From Diplonema japonicum (lineage: Eukaryota; Protista; Euglenozoa: Diplonemea): DNA of 64,000 nucleotides. Positions within the stretch are counted from its first letter, which is position 1. Each line of letters begins with the position of its first letter. Under the pieces are notes generated by a model. That model saw only the letters and a list, made by a program, of their open reading frames with translations, ran no database searches and was not told the DNA's origin. The stretch is taken from NCBI GenBank assembly GCA_964019335.1, contig OZ025680.1, forward strand, positions 372,001-436,000, given 5' to 3'. Both the position numbers and the translations under genes were made by a program. Below, one piece after another: positions 55,196-64,000 of this stretch.

Positions 55196-58100
55196 TGCAG
55201 ACCTGTATAACTACTACAAAGCGAAGAAAATACAAAGTGCAAATAAATCAAAAGTTTTCCCAAGCAAAATATGGCAGACAAGGGGTACAGACTTGAAAAA
55301 ACAAGAAAAGAATGGAGTGCCTAAAATAAAACAACTTTGATTGAAACTGAATATGCACAATGCGAAGCCAACAAGCTGGGAGGATAACACACAGCCTTCA
55401 TGTGGCACCTCTTGTAAGTAAGCTTCAAACAGAAAACAGAATAGGCTTTTTCTTTCCTCTCCCCACCCCACCCTTTTGTAGTACCAAAATGACCCCCCTT
55501 GCATATTTTTTTGTTCCCCATCAATATAAAAAAAATCACTTAAAAACGTTTCTTTTGCCCCCCCCCCCCCCCCCCCCCTCGTTTTTGTTGCTTTTTCGCC
55601 AGTTTGGGTGAGTGTAAAAAAAAAAAAAAAAGGGGGAGGTTAAAACCCAACTCACAGTCTTCACATGGCACCTCCTGTAAGTAAGCTTTGGCTGAAACTA
55701 ATGTGAGCTATGGTAAACAAAAACAAAAAATACACAAGGGTGAGAGGGTAGGTTTTAAATGATGAGAAGAGTTAACAGAAGGAAGCCAAAGAGAGCAGTA
55801 GTGAAAAAGTGAATTGACAAGGGGGGAAAGAGGGAGGAGAAGCAGATGAAAGGGAAAAGAAACATGCAAGAGTGACATGGGGGTAGGGAACAAGCCCTCC
55901 AAGCCGATCCCAAAGCATGGAATAACCCTACACTGCAGATCCAAGCTTGAGTACCACCCAACATCAACACTTAGGCACTGCCAAGGCAGACCAGGTGTTG
56001 CTCACTCCTTTAATTGGAACCCCTCACAAGTGTAAAAAACATCTCCCTCCCACCTACCTCCCTCTATCATTTGTGTTTATCAGTGTTTTATGAGGAAAAG
56101 GGGAAAGAAAAAAAAAAGGAAAGGAGAAGAGGTAAAAAACCCACTTCTATTTTTTGGCAAATACTTGTAGATAAAGGACCCACAATTTTGTGGTATGAGT
56201 ACTCACCCCCCCTCCCCAAATTTGCACCTATCTACTCCAGTGCACTGCAGCTGCAGGTATGTACAAATGTCCAGAAATGTTGTATTTGGATGTAATACAA
56301 CCTGGCTGTGGAACACAGAAGAAGCTACAACCCAGCTGTGGTGAGAGATATATGAGTTAAAGGACCTGCACAAGACTACTTGATTACAGGGGGTACACCA
56401 CAGCCGAGTTGTAGCTTCTTCTGTGTTCTGTGTTGTGTCCTTAATGTGTGTGGTGTTCAGCTCAACCCCAGCTGGGGCATCCTGGGTAACCAAGATTCTG
56501 CTTGTGCAGGATTGGGTTGTTCCATTCCCTTCTGCCAAACTGAAAGTTGGAACTTGGCAGAATGGCAGAACCAGAACTTGGTGGAACAGGGAATTCCTTA
56601 CCTTTTTTTTTGTTTTAACAATATTATTGTCAAGACTAAAAACTAGTTGATGGCAGCGTAATGAGCTATTTTATTAGGTAAAATTCTGCTTGTGCACACA
56701 AACAAATGGAGTGTCAAACTAGTTTTTTTTCCCCCCCCTTTTTTTTCCCTCTTTGCATCATCAAGGTTGAAAGTGGTGACTATATCACCACAACACTGAC
56801 AGCACAATATTCCATGTCGTGTCCTTAATGTGTGCAGTGTGCAGCTCAACACCAGCCATGGCCCTGGTAACTAAGATTCTGGGCCTGTGTAGTTTGCTGC
56901 CAGTTCATCACCCTGAGCATCTGCAATATGTTCCTCCACTCAGGCACAACTGGTGATGACCAACATGGAGGTCAACAGTGAACAACACATCCGATGTACT
57001 TCTTATATTTCCATATTTCTGTGATCCCCACCAAATAACATGAAAGAGGTAAAGGAGACCAGTGACAGGGGGTGCACCTTGGCCACTTCTGCATTCTGTG
57101 TTGTGTCCTTAATGCATGTGGTGTGCCAAGTTGTAGCTTCTTCTGTGTTCTGCATTGTGTCCTTAATGTGTGCAGTGTGCAGCTTAACCCCCAGCTGGAG
57201 CAACACAACCCAGGGTAACCAAGATAGTAGGGTAGTAACCCAGGGTAACCAAGATTCTGCACTCATGCAGTTTGCTGCCAATTCATCACCCTGAGCATCT
57301 GCATTATGTTCTCCCACTTGGGCACTACTGGTGATGACCAACATGGAGGTCAACAGCAAACAACACATCTGATGTACTTCTTATATTTCCATGTTATCCC
57401 CACCACCTGAATGATATATATATGAGTTAAAAGAGGCTGGTGTTGGTGGTGCCCTGCACAAGAACTGTCTGCTTGATTACAGGGGTGCACCACAACCGAG
57501 TTCTAGCTTCTTCTGCATTCTGTGTCATGTCTTTAATGTGTGTGGTGTAGTTTTCTGCCTGTTTGTCACCCTAAGCATCTGCATTATGTTCTTCCACTTG
57601 GGAGCTACCGGTGATGACCAATGAGGAGGTCAACAGTGAACAACACATCTGATGTTTTTTCATGCTATCCCCACCACCTTTGGAATAATATACAAGAGTT
57701 AAAGGAGGCCAGTGTTGGCAGTGCCCTGCACAAGAACTGTCTACTTGATTACAGGGGGTGCACCACAGCTGGGTTGTAGCTTCTTCTGTGTTCTGCATCG
57801 TTTCCTTAATCACTGTGGCTGAGTTGTAGCTTCTTCTGTGCTCTGTGTTGTGTCCTTAATGTGTGCAGGGTTCAGCTTGACCCTAGCCAGGGCACCCTGG
57901 GTAACCAAGATTCTGCACTTGTGTGTCGGTGATGACCAATGAGGAGGTCAACAGCAAACAACACATCTGATGTTTTTCTTATATTTTCATGTTATCCCCA
58001 CCACCTGAAAAAGAAGATAAAGGTTTTTTTTTGTTTCTCATTGTTGTTGTTGTTGTTGTCTCTCAGTACCTGTGTAACATCTTTTCTTGTAGACATCTGT

Positions 58101-58268
58101 TTATACATTTGAACTCTGCAGCAAAGAAAGGGGGGGGATGTGGTGTTGTGGTTGTATCTTGTCCAGTCTGGTTCAGTCCAGTCCAGTCAGTCTGGCATAA
58201 TTGGGTTGAAATTCATGCCAGATCCAGTCCAGTCTGGTCTAGTCCTAATTAGGATTCACCCATCACTG

Positions 58269-59022
58269 CTGAGAGGGGTTTCTGGGGGGTATTCCCAGCA
58301 AGGTGGTAGTGTTTGAAGTGTGGAGTCACACAAAGTTGAACTAAGCAGGCTGAACATTGAAGCAGGGGTCTTTTCAACTTGCAATGATTTATCTAACAAG
58401 TATGAAAATACTTTCAGGGGCCACTTTGAAGTCATAAGGGTGCATTTATGGCATTTTGTCACAGCATCACCCAGTTGGTTCCACCCATTGCAGTGTTGTA
58501 AATATGCATTGGTGGGGGAGTGGGATGTCCTTTCTGGCTTTCATTCTCTTTTGACCAACCTAGCATTTACATGTTAAATTTGACTTACTCACTGGAGCAT
58601 CCAATGTTGATAGAAAGCACACAGGCTGACATCATGCCATGTATGTGGTGTAGAGGGTACTCCAGCTGCTGGTGGAACTGGGTGTTGGGACCATGTCCTT
58701 GGGCTTGTGGCCTCCACAATACTTTGTATAGCCTATCTTCATAGAAGCCAGCACACTTGTTTGTTTCACTGTGAAAACACAAATTCCTCAGAATAGTCAA
58801 AAATTGGTCTCTTGGCATGACAGCAGCATACCCAGGGGTGTAGTTGAGAGACATTGAGTCTGTGTGCCAGTAATCAGAATAATCTGGTTTGATCCAAGTC
58901 CATTGACAAAAAGACACCTAGGAAGGTATGCAAGAAGCAGCATTGAGATCCAGGGAGACACCTTTTTTAGCCACATTTGCCACACTGCTCAAAGCCAGTT
59001 TATAACTATATGCACATTGTGC
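58269..59022 (-). pseudogene. piggyBac (PGBD/DDE_Tnp_1_7) transposase remnant
   Basis: IKPDYSDYWHTDS...TPGYAAVMPRDQFLTILRNLCF...DRLYKV matches the piggyBac N-terminal motif (YW...TP...MSRxRFxxIxRxLHF...DRLxK). A later fragment reads KWPLKVFSYLLD. Broken frames and an internal deletion. Confidence 0.75.
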
Positions 59023-59800
59023 CAGTGATGGGTGAATCCTAATTAGGACTAGACCAGACTGGATCCAGTGTGAATTTCAACCCAATTATGCCAGACTGAC
59101 TGGACTGACCAGACTGGACGACTGGACCAGACCAGACTGGACTGAACCAGACTGGACAAGATACAACCACAACACTACATTCCCCCCTTTTTTTTTTAGT
59201 TCAAATGTATAAACAGATGTCTACAAGAAAAGATGTTACACAGGTACTGAGAGACAACAACAACAACAACAATGAGAAACAAAAAAAAACCTTTATCTTC
59301 TTTTTCAGGTGGTGGGGATAACATGAAAATATAAGAAAAACATCAGATGTGTTCACTGTTGATCTCCTCATCAGTCATAACCAAGTAAACCATATGAGTG
59401 CAGAATCTTGGTTACCTGGGGCACCCTGGCTAGGGTTGAGCTGAACACCACACACATTAAGGACATGACACAGAACACAGAAGAAGCTACAACTCAGCTG
59501 TGGTGTACCCCCTGTAATCAAGTAGTCTTGTGCAAGGTGTGGGTGACAAGGGGTACAACAAGAGAGGGGTTACAAACTGTCAGTGTTGTGGTGATATAGT
59601 CACTACTTTCACCTTGATGATGCAAAGAGGAAAAAAAAAAAAAGGTAAGGAATTCCCTGTTCCACCAAGTTCCAGTTCCACTGATTCCACTGTTCCACCA
59701 AGCTCTGACTTTTCAGTTTGGCAGAAGGGAATGGAATGACCCACCCCTGCATGAGCAGAATCTGGTTACCCAGGACACCCCAGCTGGGGTTGAGCTGAAC

Positions 59801-59919
59801 CAATGTTGGTCAGTCCCATCCCCTAAAACGGAATACGGGCCTGGACAGGACTCACAGGACTCCACAGGATGGGACTCGATGGGACTCATGGGACTCCACG
59901 GGACTCTTCCCAACACTGT
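59801..59919. mobile_element. hAT-type MITE (~120 bp) with GGGACTC subterminal repeats; inverted copy at ~61520-61631
   Basis: Termini CA(A)TGTTGG...CCAACACTG and internal GGACTC/GGGACT repeats. The second copy CAGTGTTGGGAGAGTCCC...GGGACTGACCAACACTG has perfect CAGTGTTGG/CCAACACTG ends. Confidence 0.7.
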
Positions 59920-60383
59920 CATTATTTTTGATAGTTTTGCAACTTTTTTTTAAAGGGAAAAAAAAAAAATCCTTGATTTTTTTTTTTGACATACATGATG
60001 TGTTTACCCAGGGTTGGTCAGACCAGACCAGTCTGGTAAAACCGAAAATACAGGTCTGAGGGGTCTACTGACCAGTCTGGCCCCAACTTTTTTTTTCCTT
60101 TGTCAGGTGTCTTGCCACACACCACAGGACAGTCCCCTGAAATTTTCAGGGGTCTGGAGGGGACTCAGGGGACTGGAGGGGACTCAAGGGACTCTTGGGA
60201 CCAAAAAATTTCTTTGTGTTTTTTGTGTCACAAAGGCCCAAATTTAGGCTGGGGCTTGCATTTTTTTTGGTACTTTTGGTTTCAAAGGTTCTTAAAGAAA
60301 AAAAAATAAAAAAAATGTCAGGGGGTTTGGAGACCTGCTTTGAAAAAAATATTAAAAAGAGGCCTTTGCAAGAAAAGTACAAT

Positions 60384-60419
<36 letters not shown>

Positions 60420-61845
60420 AAAAGGGTTGGATGGGCAATGTTGGCCAGACTGGTGGTCTGAGGTCTGGCCCACAAACCACCCCAACACCGCAAATTTTTC
60501 GACACACATGATGTATGCAACACAGGGTGCACAACACAGCATGTGTTTTATAACATGTACCACTATGCTGCACAGGGAAAAGCAGGTGTCACATGTGCAC
60601 CTCCTGGAGAACAATATACAAAAAAAAAAAAGAAAAAAAAAAAGAAAAAAAAAAAAAAAAAAAAAACAATAAAATTTCAGTGTGCATGGGGGTGCTGACT
60701 GTTGGTAAAAAAAAAAAAAAAAAAAAAACTTTTATCTTCTTTTTCAGGTGGTGGGGATAACATGAAAATATAAGAAAAACATCAGATGTGTTGTTCACTG
60801 TTGACCTCCTCATCTGTCATCACTGAGCAAACAACACGAGTGCAGAATCTTGGTTACCTGGGGTGCCCTGGCTGGGGTTGAGCTGAACACCACACACATT
60901 AAGGACACGACACAGAATGCAGAAGAAGCTACATCCCGGCCGCGGTGATTAAGGAAACGATGCAGAACACAGAAGAAGCTACAACTCAGCTGCAGTGCAC
61001 CCCTGTAATCAAGTAGACAGTTCTTGTGCAGGGTGCTGCCAACACCAGCCTCCTTTAACTCATATATTTATCTCCTATATATTATTTTCAGGTGGGGGGG
61101 GACAACATGAAAATATGTGCAACAAACAGGCAGTGTGATGCAGGGGTTGAGCTGTACATCACACACATTAGGGGCATGGCACTGAAAGCAAGGAACCAAT
61201 CTGTTTACACAGGTTGTATAAACATACACATCCTCCTCTTATACATATTATTTATTATTTCCCCCCTTTTCTATTACATCCAAATACAACATTTGATGTG
61301 GAAAGCAGAAACAACAGCTTGGCTTAGGTGTGCGAAAAAATGTGAGAAGACAAGAAAAAAAGAAGGAAAAAAAAAAAAAAAAAGGTAAACACATCATGTA
61401 TGTCAAAAAAAATCAAGGATTTTTTTCTCTTTTTTTTTTCCCCATTTTTTTTTTTTTTTTTTTCCAAAGGGAAAAAAAAAAAAAAAAAAAAAAAATTGCA
61501 AAACTATCAAAAATAATGACAGTGTTGGGGAGAGTCCCGTGAGTCCTGTGAGTCCTGTCCCGTGGAGTCCCGTGAGTCCCGTCCAGGCCTGTATTCCGTT
61601 TTAGGGGACGGGATGGGACTGACCAACACTGGCATATGTCCTGAAATGTTGAATTTGGATGTAATAGAAAAGGGTGGAAATGATAAATAATATGTACAAG
61701 AGGAGGGTGTGTGTGTTTACACAACCTGTGTAAACAGATCGGTTCCTTAATCGTATTTAAAAAAAGAAGGGGGGAAGCAATATATTTTTACAGGTGGGTA
61801 ATGGGTGAGTGTGTTTATGTTTTGAACAACTGTGTAAAACAGTGC

Positions 61846-63971
61846 TCAGATATCGACCTGTGTAAACAGATCAGTTCCTTCCTTTCCAAGGTGCTCAGCT
61901 CTTTTCGAGCGGCTTGCCTTTTCTTTCTTCTCGCTCACAAAAAAATTAGGTTGAACCAACTTGTAGTTGATAGCAACGCAGATTGATGCATTTAGAACAT
62001 CCGATGACATTCTGCATCTGGCTTTTGACAAAGTCTTTGAAATCACTTTAAAGTGATGCTCCGTTGGTGCCTCAGAGGTTAAACTGTGCCCAAACGTCAG
62101 CGCAAAGACAGCTAGCGTGTGAAGCATGCCAAGCTTCGAGTTCCAAAAAGCAAAAAAGTTTAACGTTGGGCTGCGACCTATTGCTAGGTACTCGTCAATC
62201 TGCATCCCCAGCTGCTGCCGATCTGCCATCATTTTTCGCAATTCAGCGAACAGGACGAGGTGATCCAGCAGTGTGTTTCACAGTGTGACCAAGTCTGAAA
62301 GTTCTCCAGTTGATACTTTGGGATTCAGAAAAGTATACAACCTGATACCAAGAAACGACATGTTTCGTTCGGCCCTTGCTTCGTAAACCTTGATGACTTC
62401 AGAGACTGTGGTAGCATTGAGTGACCCCTCCACCTGGGATTCAAGGAATTTCTTCAAGCTCTTTCCAACAACGAAAATTTCATATGCCACCATAGCCATG
62501 CCAGATGTGTCCCCTTGCACACGATCTGTCGCAACTGCGAAGGGCGTGGAAATCTGTATCGCGAATTCCAGCTCTGCCCCAAACCCTGCCTCTATGCCTG
62601 GAAAGAATTCTAGGAGATCAAGGATGGACTTCATCGTTTCGAAAAACGAATTCCATCTGGTCTTCGTGTACCTCTTGATCTGTCTCGTCTTTTCACAGCA
62701 TACTCCATGTGAGACCTGTACGGTGTGGAGTGCCAACTGCCCAGCTTTCGAGGTCCATCTCTTGATCAGCGTTTTCACTTTGGCTCTAATGTTAGCCAGT
62801 CGCTCAATCTTGAAGATGTCACCAAGGGCAAGTTGCATGGAATGTGCAACACAATGATATGCTAGGACACCTTCGCAACTCAGCATTGTAGTTGTATCGT
62901 TCAAAAGCTGGTCCATTCCGGCAGAGAGCTCAGTGTTGTCGGAGTTGGTGTCGGTTTCAGAGTTGGAGTCAAGGTCAGTGACACCTGAAGCATCACTACT
63001 GCTAATGTTGCTGCTAACATCCTCAGTGTCGTCGAGTGAGAGGTCGAGTTCCACTTCGAAGTCTCGATGTATCTTTGCAAGCGCTGCTTGCATCGCACTA
63101 GCATTATCAGCACATACTGAAAATACATGTACAACATGGCTCCGAAGTTCCAGTATCATTTCACGGATGTGGGACGAAATGACAGCAGCAGTGGCACTCA
63201 CTTTTGTAAAGGTCTATCATCTTGCAAAAGTAGCTGTTCTTCCCATCTGACATACTAATGCCAAGGATGCTTCGACGGTTTATTGTGGCCCATCAACAAG
63301 GAGGTACACATTCTGCCCTTGGAGCCTGTTTAGGACAGCAGTGTATGTCCCTGTCCAAGTTCAACAACACGGCTTTGCACGTGTTTCCTGTTGATTCCTT
63401 TCAATTTGCCTGCATCGAAAAAGCTGTGAAAGAACTTTCGATCACACAAAACGAACGGCAGGCAATACAGGCAAAGGAAAATGGACACACGATCCACCAT
63501 ACTCAGGGCTCGCATCTCTTGGACAACACATCTCTTTGCTGCGAGATTTGAGCCTTGAGAATGAGGCGAACCCTGTGACAGCGACAACCCTGGCATTGGC
63601 TCAGAGATCGGACTGCACTTTTCTTTCACTGGACTGCACTTTTCTTTCGCCGGCTTGGGGATCTTTGCAGCTGTCTTCTTCTTCAGCTTTTCTGCCAATT
63701 TCGCTTTCGCACCAGGGCTGTGTCTGCACTCCCAGTGCTCCTTCAGCTTCCCCGATCTTGACCGGATGGTCACCGCACGTTCAACACACTCAGGGGCAAG
63801 ACACGGCCGCTTCTCCATGACCGTGCCATCCTTTTCCTTTGTCACTATCTTGCCAAAGTAGTACTCCTTAGAAGGGTCGATACCATGTGCATCACCAACA
63901 GACCATGTCTTGTTGTCCCAGATGGATGTCTTGGGTGTTGTAGAACATTCCTTGGCAGGTGCTTCCAACAT
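61846..63971 (-). mobile_element. Decayed hAT-superfamily transposase (BED-like finger, DDE core, C-terminal dimerisation domain), broken into 3 ORFs
   Basis: CLAPEC...HWECRH; ADNASAM; CVAHSMQLAL; TRWNSFFETM; FWNS...LAVFA...SEAPTEHHFK...KARCRMSSDVLNASICVAIN. Frameshifts and stops at ~63.2-63.3 kb and ~62.25 kb. Confidence 0.88.
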
Positions 63972-64000
63972 GACTAGTGCGTTTCCGGACGAGGTGTGTG

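Larger units (their letters stand above)
56310..61700. repeat. Complex of shuffled direct and inverted repeat modules (non-autonomous DNA transposon debris)
   Basis: Modules such as GTAGCTTCTTCTGTGTTCTG...GTCCTTAATGTG, GGTAACCAAGATTCTGC and GGTGATGACCAA...CAACACATCTGATG recur many times, mainly forward in 56.4-58.0 kb and reversed in 59.3-61.1 kb. Confidence 0.9.

Noticed and set aside
59840-59910. Short GGGACTC repeats as a CRISPR-like array
   Set aside because: Eukaryotic context, 6-7-nt repeats without unique spacers, and located inside MITE termini.
1-64000. tRNA, rRNA, spliced-leader RNA, snRNA genes and non-GT-AG introns
   Set aside because: None recognised by eye and every reconstructed intron is GT-AG; a tRNAscan/Infernal run is needed to exclude divergent copies.

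Overview
Eukaryotic nuclear DNA, most likely from a euglenozoan (diplonemid-like) protist. This is inferred from gene content, an all-minus-strand gene array, AG acceptors just upstream of start codons and homopolymer-rich spacers; it was not confirmed by a search. 1-42.7 kb is a compact minus-strand array: COG1, pseudouridine-5'-phosphate glycosidase with a PTS2-like signal, MYCBP, a JmjC protein, a ~4,560-aa signal-peptide/GPI-type surface protein, a CDKN3-like phosphatase, RPLP1, a small basic protein with an H3 alphaN-like motif, RPL7, a MORN protein, a GT64+GT4 fusion, coiled-coil and ankyrin proteins, and two tandem paralogous 46/48-aa microproteins. I reconstructed 15 tiny (32-63 nt) GT-AG introns by hand, many of them almost pure poly(A). 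The most striking feature is 42.75-52.65 kb. It has no credible ORF but is packed with nested short- and long-range inverted complements whose internal mismatches are mostly G-U wobbles on the plus strand, with homopolymer runs largely falling in loops and linkers. It is a candidate giant structured non-coding RNA (or RNA cluster) on the strand opposite to the genes. 55.3-64 kb is a transposon graveyard (hAT MITEs in large inverted repeats, a piggyBac remnant, a decayed hAT transposase) with near-total CpG erasure. All coordinates and pairings were read by eye.
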